64,000 nt of DNA from Balneolaceae bacterium (GTDB lineage: Bacteria > Bacteroidota > Rhodothermia > Balneolales > Balneolaceae). Made by a program: the position numbers and the translations under genes. This document shows positions 8,017-17,710 of the stretch, one piece after another (within the stretch, counting starts at the first letter, position 1; each line of letters begins with the position of its first letter). The notes beneath the pieces are model-generated. The model was not told where the DNA came from, searched no databases, and was given only the letters and a program-made list of their open reading frames with translations. Where the stretch lies: NCBI GenBank assembly GCA_041656135.1, contig JBBAEC010000004.1, forward strand, positions 53,460 to 117,459, read 5' to 3'.

Positions 8017-10500
8017 ATGAACTACAGATTTAAAAGTATAGGCAAGATGCTTGTGCTATCACTATTTGTTACTGCGTTTGTAGCTGGGTGTAAAACATCT
8101 AATACCGCTACAAAAGGTGGCGCAAGTGCTTCCTCAGCTATGAAATCTTCAGCCTCTTCTAAAGGAGGAATGAAAAAATACAGTGAGATTATTACTAAAG
8201 ACGCAACCACAGACGAAGGTCTTTTTGATGTCCATAAAGTAAATGAAGATTATTTCTTTGAGATCCCAAATGAAATGCTTAGCAGAGAAATGTTGCTTGT
8301 AACAAGAGTATCGGGTTCTGTTCAGAATATGAGTTTTGGTGGTGCAGGGCAAAAAGCTCGCGGCCAACAAGTGGTAAGATGGGAACGTAAAGGAAATAAG
8401 GTGTTATTACGTCACGTATCTTTCTCTAGCGTTGCCGATCCTGATGATCCAGTTTATAAATCGGTCAGAAATAATAATTTTGAGCCTGTTGTTTACAGTT
8501 TTAATATTGAAGCTCTTAATAATGATAGCTCTGCAGTAGTTATAAATGCGACAAAACTTTACACCACAGATGTTAACCTGTTAAGTGGTTTAAGTGATAG
8601 TCAGCGTAAAAATTTCCAAGTTCGCCGTTTAGACGAGAAGAGAAGTTTTGTTGAAAGGATAAGTAGTTATCCTGAAAACGTTGAAGTACGCCACGTATTA
8701 ACTTACGATGCTGGTAGCCCACCAGATAACAGAGAAACTGGTACAATTTCGATTGAAGTAAATCAGTCTATGATTTTATTACCTGCAGAACCAATGGTTT
8801 CTAGAAACTGGGATGCTAGAGTTGGCTATTTCTCAATTGGGCAATATGACTATAGCTCAGATCAGCATAAAGCTGCAACAAATCGTTTTATAACACGCTA
8901 CAAGTTAGTTCCAAAAGACAAAGCAGCCTATTTAAGAGGCGAGCTAGTTGAGCCAGAAGAGCAAATTGTATATTACTTAGACCCTGCAACTCCAAAAAAA
9001 TGGAGAAAATATTTAATTCAAGGTATTAATGACTGGCAAGCAGCTTTTGAAGAGGCAGGTTTTAAAAATGCAATTATAGGTAAAGAAGCGCCCACCCCAG
9101 AAGAAGACCCAGAGTTTTCGCCTGAAGATGTGCGCTATTCTGTGATGCGATATATCACCAATCCTATACAGAATGCACAAGGCCCGCATGTACACGATCC
9201 ACGTACAGGTCAAATTCTAGAAAGTGATATTTTGTGGTACCACAACATCCAGAATCTACTTAGGAACTGGTATTTTGTACAAACAGCTGCATCAAATCCA
9301 GATGCACGTCACGCACAAGTATCGGACGAAATTATGGGTGAAATGCTACGTTTTGTGATGGCTCACGAACTTGGTCACACTCTTGGCTTACCGCATAATA
9401 TGGGCTCAAGCGTAGGTTATACCATCGATCAGCTTAGAGATCCAGAGTTTACCTCTACGCACGGTACAGCTCCATCTATCATGGATTATGCGCGTTTTAA
9501 CTACATTGCGCAACCAGGTGATGGCGTAACTCATTTCTATCCACAAATTGGAGAGTATGACAAATGGGCTATTAAATGGGGTTACTCATGGTTGCCTGAT
9601 GTTGAGAAGCCAGATGATGAGAAAGAAATTTTGAACGAATGGATTTTAGACCATAGCGGTGATCAAGTTTATTGGTATGGATATGCTACCGGCGCTGATC
9701 CACGTTCGCAAACAGAAGATCTTGGCGATGATGCAATGAGAGCTAGCGAATTAGGTTTAGCTAATTTGCAAATCATCTCTGATAATTTGATAAGCTGGAT
9801 TGAGAAAGATGGTGAAAACTATAGCGATCTCAGCGAATTGTATAGCAATATACTAGGCCAGTGGGGAAGGTATATGGGGCATGTTACAACTAATGTGGGC
9901 GGCGTATATCAAACCTACAAAACCTACGAGCAGGAAGGAGATGTGTACGAGATTGTATCTAAGAAAGATCAGAAACGTGCAATGGACTTCCTCAATAAAC
10001 ATGCTTTTTATGTGCCAAGTTGGGCATATAATACAGAGATCTTAAACAAAATAAATCAGTCTACTGCCGTAGAAACCTTTAGAAGTGCTCAAGTAAGGGT
10101 ATTGAATAACTTACTAAGCCCTGCAAGACTGGCTCGACTGACTGATGCAGAAAGCCGTGCTAACAATGTTTATACACTTATAGAAATGATGGACGATGTG
10201 AGAAACGGAGTTTGGGCAGAAGCACGTGGTAAAAAGGATATAGATGTGCATAGACGTCACCTACAACGTGCCTATTTAGAAAGAATGGAATACTTATTAA
10301 CCGAAGAGCCAACATCAAGATTTGGTCCGTCTATTAATGTAAGCCAGTCAGACATTCGTCCAGTAGTTAGAACTGAGCTAGAAATTCTTAAAAAAGATAT
10401 AAATAGCGCATTGGGTGGCGGTGGCTTAAATCGCACTACTCGAGTTCACCTTCAGGATTCTAGAAGTAGAATTGATGAAATACTGGATGGTAAGAAGTAA
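8017..10500 (+). CDS. secreted zinc metalloprotease lipoprotein (HEXXH; large Bacteroidota-type DUF-rich metalloprotease)
   Basis: Lipoprotein signal (LFVTAFVAGCKT) and zinc motif VMAHELGHTLGLPHNMG. The 827-aa architecture is typical of the 'zinc-dependent metalloprotease' family common in FCB bacteria. Confidence 0.85.
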   Translation: MNYRFKSIGKMLVLSLFVTAFVAGCKTSNTATKGGASASSAMKSSASSKGGMKKYSEIITKDATTDEGLFDVHKVNEDYFFEIPNEMLSREMLLVTRVSGSVQNMSFGGAGQKARGQQVVRWERKGNKVLLRHVSFSSVADPDDPVYKSVRNNNFEPVVYSFNIEALNNDSSAVVINATKLYTTDVNLLSGLSDSQRKNFQVRRLDEKRSFVERISSYPENVEVRHVLTYDAGSPPDNRETGTISIEVNQSMILLPAEPMVSRNWDARVGYFSIGQYDYSSDQHKAATNRFITRYKLVPKDKAAYLRGELVEPEEQIVYYLDPATPKKWRKYLIQGINDWQAAFEEAGFKNAIIGKEAPTPEEDPEFSPEDVRYSVMRYITNPIQNAQGPHVHDPRTGQILESDILWYHNIQNLLRNWYFVQTAASNPDARHAQVSDEIMGEMLRFVMAHELGHTLGLPHNMGSSVGYTIDQLRDPEFTSTHGTAPSIMDYARFNYIAQPGDGVTHFYPQIGEYDKWAIKWGYSWLPDVEKPDDEKEILNEWILDHSGDQVYWYGYATGADPRSQTEDLGDDAMRASELGLANLQIISDNLISWIEKDGENYSDLSELYSNILGQWGRYMGHVTTNVGGVYQTYKTYEQEGDVYEIVSKKDQKRAMDFLNKHAFYVPSWAYNTEILNKINQSTAVETFRSAQVRVLNNLLSPARLARLTDAESRANNVYTLIEMMDDVRNGVWAEARGKKDIDVHRRHLQRAYLERMEYLLTEEPTSRFGPSINVSQSDIRPVVRTELEILKKDINSALGGGGLNRTTRVHLQDSRSRIDEILDGKK

Positions 10501-10525
10501 ATCTATTGATTAAATAAACTAGATT

Positions 10526-10557
10526 AAAAGGGTAGCCAATGTGCTACCCTTTTTTTT
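10526..10557 (+). terminator. rho-independent terminator after the metalloprotease gene
   Basis: Stem gggtagc (10530-10536) / gctaccc (10543-10549), 6-nt loop, then an 8-T run. Confidence 0.75.
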
Positions 10558-10614
10558 GGATAGTGATTTTTTTTGGGAACGGTACCTTTTTAGTCAGATT
10601 ATTAGATACTTAAT

Positions 10615-10947
10615 GGTACTACCCTCAAAAGTGTGTATAGAGGCTATTGGATTTAAGGGATTTGGCGAAATTAACTTCTAAGATTGTTGGCAAGTAGTGA
10701 ACTCTTAAAATAAATCTTGCCGAAATTTCGGTGGATTTGCAAGCATCCTTTGTAAAACAATCCAATCCACCGATGCCTATTTTCAATCTATTTATCCCGA
10801 GATAAATCTCGGGGCTATTTATAATCTAGAAATCAGATCTACTCGCCAATTAGGCCTAACCTAATGGGAAATGGTTTTAATAGCACTAAAACTTGCGAAG
10901 TGGAAGAAGAGGTGTGAAATGACATGTATAAATTTTACACACTTTTT
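10615..10947 (+). repeat. intergenic repeat family A, copy 1 (MITE-like, about 330 bp)
   Basis: Begins ggtactaccctcaaaagtgtgtatagaggctattgg and ends with the inverted tacacacttttt (10936-10947). Contains the hairpin tcggtggatt...aatccaccga and the palindrome cccgagataaatctcgggg (10796-10814). About 75% identical over ~200 bp to 12655-12845. Confidence 0.7.
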
Positions 10948-10958
10948 GGACAGTATCA

Positions 10959-11345
10959 GCTCTGAAAGAGCGCAATATATAAACATGGGGTGAAGCCCCA
11001 TGCATGGCATAACCCAAAACCCAAAGCCCTCGTATGGGTGAAATACTAGTTTGTTTACGAAAACTCACCTAAATCAATTTTGGTCAGGATTTTATGATAT
11101 GGATAAAATTTTAAACCTCACATAATTTACTGGTTTATCCAGTAGTAGCGGCCGTAGCGGGTATATTACGCCCCTCTAGGGCTTGGAATTGTCTAGTGAT
11201 TTATTCCACGAGGGGCTTCACCACCTCGCTATTGTATATCGCCCTTTCAGGGCTGTGAAGAGTCCACCCTCTGAAATCAAATAAATCCCGATACTTCAGG
11301 AAAGACACAAAAAGTAAGACTTTAGATTTTGGATTCCAGAATTTG
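10959..11345. repeat. mosaic of short degenerate repeats (families D and B)
   Basis: cagctctgaaagagcgcaatatata (10959-) and its inverted relative tatatcgccctttcagggctg (about 11235-11256) also resemble 50514-50545. Family B is ccctctgaaatcaaataaatcccgatacttcaggaaagacac (11267-) and recurs at 34693 (+) and 12638-12652 (-). Confidence 0.6.
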
Positions 11346-11439
11346 AGTCGAGAATGCGACTATTTCTTGTGTCCTAATGTTAACATCTTAATTTTGATCT
11401 CCCTCCAAAGGGAAAAATTTCTAACATTGCCCAGCATTA

Positions 11440-12333
11440 CTACAAAATAATATCAGACTCTGAAAAATTGAAAGTTGCGTATCTAATGCTGTTTACTGCC
11501 TCAGTCATTACATCAAAATCTAGGGTTTCTATGGTGTCGGTAGGTTGGTGATAGTGTGGATTTCTGCCTTTACCGCTGCCAATAATCATAGCAGCAGGAT
11601 AGTTAAATTTCCAGTAGTTACGATGGTCTGATGGACCGTTGTTCCTGTAATCATCGGCAAAGGAGATACGCCGAGAGTTCATAGGAGAGCCCTGCCTCAA
11701 CAAGGTGGAAACTTTTTTATTAAAATCGTCATGCTTTTTTATGCCCGACACAAAGAGATAATATTTATCATCTTCCGTTTTTTCATCCAGCATTCCATAA
11801 TATCCAATCATCTCTAAAGCAATCATTCCAATAACCTCAGTGTTATTTTGGTTGACTGATTTGGCATGGATATAACTACCCATCATTTTAGTCTTAAAAA
11901 ATGGAGGTTCTTCCAAACAAAAGGCCACTAAATCGATGCCATAAGGGATATATGCATTATAAGTAGAAAGTAACCGCGCCAATTCTAGAATAGCAGCTAC
12001 TGAGCTAGCATTGTCATCTGCGCCAGGAATGTCTCTAAAAACATCGTAATGTGCCCCAACTATGAATCGCTTTTTCTTTTCAGGCTGGAATGAAGCGATG
12101 ATATTTTCATAGACGTTACCTTTTGCTTTCCAAGCCTGGCGAGAAACAGATAAATCTGTCTGTCTAAATTCCTTTTCAATGTAGTCGGCCGCTATCTGTA
12201 AGCTCTCAATGTTTTTATAATTCCGATATGGGCGAATGGAGGTGAGGAATTCCACATCGTTATAGAGTCGGTTTTTATTAGCTGGCATTAGGCTTTGTTT
12301 TTTAATAATCAAAGTAACAAATTCAACTTTCAT
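11440..12333 (-). CDS. M28 family zinc aminopeptidase
   Basis: Motifs are VGAHYDV, GADDNASSVAAILELAR, CLEEPP and HYHQPTD. An alternative ATG start at 12288 (MPANKNRLY) is possible. Confidence 0.85.
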   Translation of the reverse strand: MKVEFVTLIIKKQSLMPANKNRLYNDVEFLTSIRPYRNYKNIESLQIAADYIEKEFRQTDLSVSRQAWKAKGNVYENIIASFQPEKKKRFIVGAHYDVFRDIPGADDNASSVAAILELARLLSTYNAYIPYGIDLVAFCLEEPPFFKTKMMGSYIHAKSVNQNNTEVIGMIALEMIGYYGMLDEKTEDDKYYLFVSGIKKHDDFNKKVSTLLRQGSPMNSRRISFADDYRNNGPSDHRNYWKFNYPAAMIIGSGKGRNPHYHQPTDTIETLDFDVMTEAVNSIRYATFNFSESDIIL

Positions 12334-12654
12334 TCTCTTAAAATTGTAGGACTCTTTAAATATTTAAAATTGAGGAGGGTGCTGCAGGTGTTATTAAGCC
12401 GCTTAATTTTAGTTTGTGTTCAACATCATATTAAGACTCATATCCTTAAAAGTGACGATATAAGTATATTAACATCAATCAACATAAAACTATTCTAATA
12501 AAAAGATAATTGGAAGCCGGAGCTTCCGGGACTGCATCACGAAGCTGGAACCTGCCTTTGCTGGCAGGCTTCGTGACGAGGACAAAGTAAATCCAAATTG
12601 GGTCAATCCTGATTCCGAGTATTATTGGGGAACAGATTTGATTTCAGAGGGGTA

Positions 12655-13081
12655 ATGTCATAAATAGTGTGTATAGAGGCTATGGGTAGCAAACAGAATT
12701 CCAAAGATGTGTTTCTAAAATAAATCCTGCTGAAATTTCGGTGGATTTGAATGCATCTTTTATAAAACAAGCCTACCCACCGATGTCTTTATTTAACCTG
12801 TTTACCCCGAGATAAATCTCGGGGCCATGTTTATTTTGAAAAAGCAACTTAACTCATTAAATAGACCCAATTTCATAGTGATAGATTTTGTTAAAATGAT
12901 GCTTGCGCTAAATATTGATCGCATTGCATAGATTCCTTTTCCTCGTTAGGAACGTCCCGTTCGTAATGTATGCCAGAACCACTGGTTCCTACACGTCATA
13001 ATGAATTCATGAGTATAGTTAACAACTCAGATTACATCATGTGAATAAAAATAACTCATACACACTTTTAGGGATACTACC
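12655..13081 (+). repeat. intergenic repeat family A, copy 2 (about 425 bp, carries an inserted family C module)
   Basis: Begins aaatagtgtgtatagaggctatggg (12662-) and ends with the inverted atacacacttttagggatactacc (13058-13081). It has the same internal hairpins as copy 1, including ccccgagataaatctcgggg at 12805-12824. The family C module is at 12941-12992. Confidence 0.7.
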
Positions 13082-13151
13082 TTCAGAGGAAGGCCCCTCT
13101 ACAGCGCACTATGTGCTCATAATCTTAGGAGTTTATAAAATCTCTTCCAAC

Positions 13152-13183
13152 AAAAAAAAGGGCTTCTCAAAAATGAGAAGCCC
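13152..13183 (-). terminator. rho-independent terminator of the amidohydrolase operon
   Basis: On the minus strand: gggcttctca / tgagaagccc 10-bp stem, 4-nt loop, followed by an 8-U run (plus-strand A-run 13152-13159). Confidence 0.8.
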
Positions 13184-13213
13184 TTTTATAATTTAGAAAC
13201 GAAGCGTTTGGTA

Positions 13214-14521
13214 CTAGCCGTCCGTTTTTACTGTATTTTTCTGTGTACCAGGTACACGATGTAAGAATTCGTCATATAATTCTGTCTGGCGGCTAGTCAT
13301 AGGAACTAGGTAGCCATCAATAAACACATTTATAATTTGTGTTGAAGTTTCGAATGGATCGCCAGTGGCAACGAAGATATTCGCTTTTTTACCCACTTCT
13401 ATTGATCCAATTGAACTGCCAACACCCATTATTTCTGCGGCGTTAATAGTTACAGCTTTCAGCGCCTCTTCGCGTCCCATTCCATAAGCGGCAGCAAAGC
13501 CAGCATGGTAAGGGAGGTTTCTAGAATTTTCGGTATCGCTTGTTCTAAGAGCAACTTTAATACCTGCTTTTTGCATAACGCTTGGGTTTTTATAGGCAGC
13601 GTCGTAAGCATCCGATTGACGAGTTGGAAGAGATTGAACCGGGCCAGCAATAACTGAAATTCCAGCTTTTGCAATTTTATCGGCAACACGCCATCCTTCG
13701 GCAACTCCAGTAAATACTACTTTTTCGTACCCTCTTTCTTCAATCCACTCTAATGCGCTAACAATATCTTTGGCAGTGTTTACCTCTATATAAAGTAGCA
13801 TCTCACCATTTACAACTTTTGCTAAAGCTTCCATTTCTGGATAATAGCGTGTGTCTGGTGAATTTTGGATTTTAGCATAAATTTCAGCTTTATCCCAAGC
13901 GTCATTTACTGTTTTAAGAGCGGTTTCACGAGCTTTTTTAGCTTGCTCTTCGGTCTGTCTCCATCTGCGCTGCGCTGAAGGGAAGTTCATAACTACGCCT
14001 TTTGAGCCTGCATACATTTGATCTGGGGTATAACCGAACAAATTTATAGTTGCTGCTGTACCTGGTAAAACACCACCTTCGGGCATAGTTAGCGTTGTAG
14101 TAACGCCACTTACTCGGGTAACAGGAATAGCTACAGAATTTGGGTTTACAGCAGATAATGCCTGCATGTGAGGAGTGATGTCACCGAATTCACGGAAATC
14201 TTTAGACTCAGCAATACTGCCTATTTCTTGTAAACCAAGCTTAGTGCCAGAGTCGATCATGCCAGGGTAGACTTCTCTGCCTTTATAATCGAAAACCTCA
14301 GCGTCGGCTGGAATCCTCACATTAGCCCCTACGGCTTCAATAATACCATTATTTATAATAACGGTACCATTTTCGATAATACCATTTGTGACGGTATAAA
14401 TTTTTGCATTGGTAAGCGCAAATTTCCCACCTCTTGCTTTATTTGCATCGTTGTTTTGGGCAACAGCAAAAATAGGAGCGAGAGTGAATACAAATACGAG
14501 TAATTTTATAAGTTTATTCAT
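13214..14521 (-). CDS. secreted amidohydrolase-fold protein, HxH metal motif replaced (PGMIDSGTKLG)
   Basis: Signal peptide MNKLIKLLVFVFTLAPIFAVAQ. The amidohydrolase N-terminal strand pattern (I.NG.I..VG ... YPGMID) is present, but DSGTK (14240-14254) sits where D-x-H-x-H is expected. Confidence 0.8.
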   Translation of the reverse strand: MNKLIKLLVFVFTLAPIFAVAQNNDANKARGGKFALTNAKIYTVTNGIIENGTVIINNGIIEAVGANVRIPADAEVFDYKGREVYPGMIDSGTKLGLQEIGSIAESKDFREFGDITPHMQALSAVNPNSVAIPVTRVSGVTTTLTMPEGGVLPGTAATINLFGYTPDQMYAGSKGVVMNFPSAQRRWRQTEEQAKKARETALKTVNDAWDKAEIYAKIQNSPDTRYYPEMEALAKVVNGEMLLYIEVNTAKDIVSALEWIEERGYEKVVFTGVAEGWRVADKIAKAGISVIAGPVQSLPTRQSDAYDAAYKNPSVMQKAGIKVALRTSDTENSRNLPYHAGFAAAYGMGREEALKAVTINAAEIMGVGSSIGSIEVGKKANIFVATGDPFETSTQIINVFIDGYLVPMTSRQTELYDEFLHRVPGTQKNTVKTDG

Positions 14522-14528
14522 GTCGTTC

Positions 14529-15908
14529 CTAATTATTGTTTAATAAATCGTTAAGGTAAACAAGGTCGGCATCGTCCATGCATTTATGTTGATCTTCGCG
14601 ATTGAATATTTGAACAACCTCAATAGAAGATTCTGGATCAATAAAGATGCGTTGATCTTTGGCATCCGTATCTATATCAAAATATTTTACTCCGTCAATA
14701 AAAGTTCTTTGCGGAATAGCATAGGTTGAAAGCGGATGTTTATCAAAAATAACGAAGTCAGCATCTTTTCCTTGTTCCAAAGATCCAACACGGTGGTCAA
14801 TACCAAGTTGTTTGGCTGGATTTAGAGTAACTAATGCAAGAGCCTCATCATCAGATAGGTCGCCATATTTTTGTGTTTTGGCTGCCTCGTGAAAAAGATG
14901 TCTTATTAACTCTCCATCATCTGAGTTGATTGAAGTGGTAACGCCATTTTTGGTTAAAATAGCAGCGTTGTATGCTGTTGAGTAGTATACTTCTAATTTG
15001 TAAGCCCACCAATCAGCAAATACGGAAGCCATAGCACCAAAAGCAGCAAGCTCAGGCGCAACTTTATAAGCTTCGTTTGCATGCTGGAATGTTAGCTTTT
15101 TAATACCAAAATCGGTAAACACTTTCATCAGCATATAAATCTCGTCAGCACGGTAAGAGTGAGAATGCACTAAAATTTTACCGTCAAGAATATCTACTAA
15201 TGTCTCCATTCTAAGGTCATATTCTGGTGCAACTTTTCTTTTGTTTTTGTCGGCACGATAATCAGCCCATGCTTTTTTATAAACTAAAGCATCAGAAAAG
15301 GCATTACGAAGCATAGCCTCTACGCCCATTCTACTTTGAGGCTGAATGCCACGAGCACGTCCACCTCGAGTTGGATTTTCGCCCAAGGCAAACTTGATAG
15401 TTCTTGGAGCGCCTTCAAAACGGAGATCATCAGGATTAGTACTTCCCCACCGCAGTTTGAGGGTTTCGTTTCGGCCACCAATTACGTTTGCAGACCCGTG
15501 CATTAAATTAATGGCAGTTACGCCACCAGCAACAGCTCTGTAAATAGAAATATCGAGTGGATTAACCACATCTTCCATGGTTACTTCGGCAGTAACTTGG
15601 CTAGTACCCTCATTTATAGATGTACCTGCAATGTGTGAGTGTGCATCGATAATACCAGGTAGAACAAACTGGCCTGACGCATCTACCACTTCAACACCAT
15701 TTGGTGCCTTTAGGTTTTTACCGATTTTGGAGATTTTCCCATCCTTTACTAAAAGGTCGGTGTTTTCCATTGTGCCTTGCGATATAGTAAGCAAGGTGCC
15801 ATTTTTAATAAGCACATCGCCTTTCTTTACTTGAGCTTGTGCAACGGTAGCCCCAAGAAGTAATAAGGCGGTTAAAAAGATTGTTTTATACATATTGAAT
15901 TGTTTCAT
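14529..15908 (-). CDS. secreted amidohydrolase (metal-dependent hydrolase, canonical HxH)
   Basis: The ATG at 15908 (MKQFNMYKTIFLTALLLLGATVAQAQ) lies 1 nt after the upstream stop; the ORF-track start at 15989 would overlap the upstream gene. The canonical motif LPGIIDAHSHIAG has His codons at 15639-15641 and 15633-15635. Confidence 0.85.
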   Translation of the reverse strand: MKQFNMYKTIFLTALLLLGATVAQAQVKKGDVLIKNGTLLTISQGTMENTDLLVKDGKISKIGKNLKAPNGVEVVDASGQFVLPGIIDAHSHIAGTSINEGTSQVTAEVTMEDVVNPLDISIYRAVAGGVTAINLMHGSANVIGGRNETLKLRWGSTNPDDLRFEGAPRTIKFALGENPTRGGRARGIQPQSRMGVEAMLRNAFSDALVYKKAWADYRADKNKRKVAPEYDLRMETLVDILDGKILVHSHSYRADEIYMLMKVFTDFGIKKLTFQHANEAYKVAPELAAFGAMASVFADWWAYKLEVYYSTAYNAAILTKNGVTTSINSDDGELIRHLFHEAAKTQKYGDLSDDEALALVTLNPAKQLGIDHRVGSLEQGKDADFVIFDKHPLSTYAIPQRTFIDGVKYFDIDTDAKDQRIFIDPESSIEVVQIFNREDQHKCMDDADLVYLNDLLNNN

Positions 15909-15909
15909 C

Positions 15910-17583
15910 TTATTTGCCCTCATCTTTAGTTGCTGTAAAAGGGAATGAGATGCTAAATGCTGCAATTGAAGCTTCTGCATCATATTCATTACCAGTTACG
16001 GTTCCAACAACTACAATTTCTACCGATTGTCCACCGGCGTCAAAGGAGAAGTCGAAGCTCAGGCTTCCGTCCACAAACGTTAAATTTTTCATGTCCGCAT
16101 CTGGGCCACCTCGCATACCAGATATTGTACCTGCTAGCGCGCCACTTTCCTCTCTAATAATCATTGTACCAGTTTGTACACCTTCTGGAGAAGTAACCGT
16201 ATAGGTCCAGTTTCCAATAACAGCTTGGCTACCTTCGGCAGAAGAAGATTTCTTTTCTTTTTTATCGTATTCGTGCTTATCGCCATCTACAAACACATAC
16301 TTGATAAACGATTCTTTATCAAAGATAGGGCCAGTTGAAATAACTGCATTAGCAAGTTTCCCAGCGTCTAGTGTGCCAGTTATATGGTCGATTTTTAATA
16401 ATTCAGCAGCATTTATAGTGAGAGCAGCAAGTGTAGCATCTTCACTTAAACCATGTTCGATAAGGGTAATAAGGTTATCTTTAACCTTGCCACCAGTTGT
16501 TCCCATGGTAGATAAGCCAAACTTAATACCAGCATTTTGCATTACAACAGGCTGAGTAACATATTTTTTGTAGAACTCCATTCTGCGTTCTTCTAAATGT
16601 TTAACCTCATCAGTTTTATCTTTTTCTTTAGCTGCTTTTGGTTCTTTAGGTAGATCTAGCGACAAAAATACTTTTGTACCCGTTTCTTTAATAAAAGGAG
16701 CTAAATCCCATCCTTCTTTCAAGTTACCGAGCGTAAGTGCGAAGCCAAGTTCTTTTTGTAAACGGATTGCACGCTGTGCTTCAAGTAAAGAGGATGCATT
16801 ATAGAATACTGGTTTATCGCTGCTTACAACAGGGTAAAATGCTTCTAAAGTACGATCGCGAGTTGGGCGTTGCATACCTGCCGCATTACTTGCGTACATG
16901 GTAGAATGTTGTTTAGAATTAACTGCATTACGGAAGAGATTCCTCCACTTTGCCATTATACCTAGCGTATTACCTGGATATGCACCTGGTGCACCAACAA
17001 ACTGTGTGTACATAGAAACATCGTTGTACATCACTAAATCATCACGGTTTTCGGCATCAATTAAAGTGATTAGGGCACCTGAGCCCGGTAGCATTCGGCC
17101 ATAAGGCACCGTATGAGAAATGGTAAAACCATTTTGTCTCATATCACTTATACTATTTTCAGACACACTAATTTGCTCAATAACATGATTTTCAGGCGTT
17201 ATACCTGCATAATCGTTAGGCGGGTCTGGCGTAAATAAATTATCAGGGCGTGGTAAAGACTTTGGTTGAACTGCACCTGTGTAAGACATGCCGTCTATAA
17301 ATCCAGGATACACAAATAGGTCAGTGCCGTCTATCACTTCTGCATTAGATGGGATGGAAACGTTTGTGCCCACCGAGCTTATTAGCCCGTTATTAAATAT
17401 AATAGTGGCACCTTCCAAAACTTTACCCGGGGCTTGTACAATAGTTGCATTGGTAATTGCATAAGTACGGGTTGCAGGAGACTTCCCAGTTGGATCGCTT
17501 TGAGCTTGAATAGCCACAGCGAAAACTAACAACGGGAGAAGTAGAAACAGACGAAAAGAGATTTTCCGTAGTTGTAGCTTCAT
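15910..17583 (-). CDS. secreted amidohydrolase-related protein, HxH motif lost, with extra C-terminal beta-rich domain
   Basis: Signal peptide ...LLVFAVAIQAQ. YPGFIDGMSYTG (17281-17295) occupies the HxH position. An extra ~100-aa C-terminal segment is present (GNWTYTVTSPEG...FSISFPFTATKDEGK). Confidence 0.75.
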   Translation of the reverse strand: MKLQLRKISFRLFLLLPLLVFAVAIQAQSDPTGKSPATRTYAITNATIVQAPGKVLEGATIIFNNGLISSVGTNVSIPSNAEVIDGTDLFVYPGFIDGMSYTGAVQPKSLPRPDNLFTPDPPNDYAGITPENHVIEQISVSENSISDMRQNGFTISHTVPYGRMLPGSGALITLIDAENRDDLVMYNDVSMYTQFVGAPGAYPGNTLGIMAKWRNLFRNAVNSKQHSTMYASNAAGMQRPTRDRTLEAFYPVVSSDKPVFYNASSLLEAQRAIRLQKELGFALTLGNLKEGWDLAPFIKETGTKVFLSLDLPKEPKAAKEKDKTDEVKHLEERRMEFYKKYVTQPVVMQNAGIKFGLSTMGTTGGKVKDNLITLIEHGLSEDATLAALTINAAELLKIDHITGTLDAGKLANAVISTGPIFDKESFIKYVFVDGDKHEYDKKEKKSSSAEGSQAVIGNWTYTVTSPEGVQTGTMIIREESGALAGTISGMRGGPDADMKNLTFVDGSLSFDFSFDAGGQSVEIVVVGTVTGNEYDAEASIAAFSISFPFTATKDEGK

Positions 17584-17710
17584 TTTGTATGTATTGAAGG
17601 GTTAAATTATTAGCTGTCAATATATATTATAGAAGTTGATTGCGCTAATATTAAAGTGTGGAATTAAGTAAAAAAGTGTTGTAACTATACCACTTAGGCA
17701 AAAGTACGGT

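Noticed and set aside
10886-11068. 60-aa ORF in the long intergenic gap
   Set aside because: Its sequence is a translation of the degenerate repeat words (cagctctgaaagagcg..., ggggtgaagcccc...) that recur elsewhere in both orientations. It is more likely repeat DNA than a gene.
12295-12498. 67-aa plus-strand ORF overlapping the M28 start region
   Set aside because: No motif, an AT-rich low-complexity translation, and overlap with the promoter/5' end of the M28 gene.
10560-13150. Possible CRISPR array, considered because of the many short repeats
   Set aside because: The repeats are degenerate, of different families, in both orientations and irregularly spaced. There is no constant repeat/spacer periodicity and there are no cas genes.
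15914-17104. Plus-strand ORFs of 65-96 aa inside the amidohydrolase operon
   Set aside because: They are antisense shadows of well-supported minus-strand genes, and their Ser/Pro/Ala-rich translations have no motifs.
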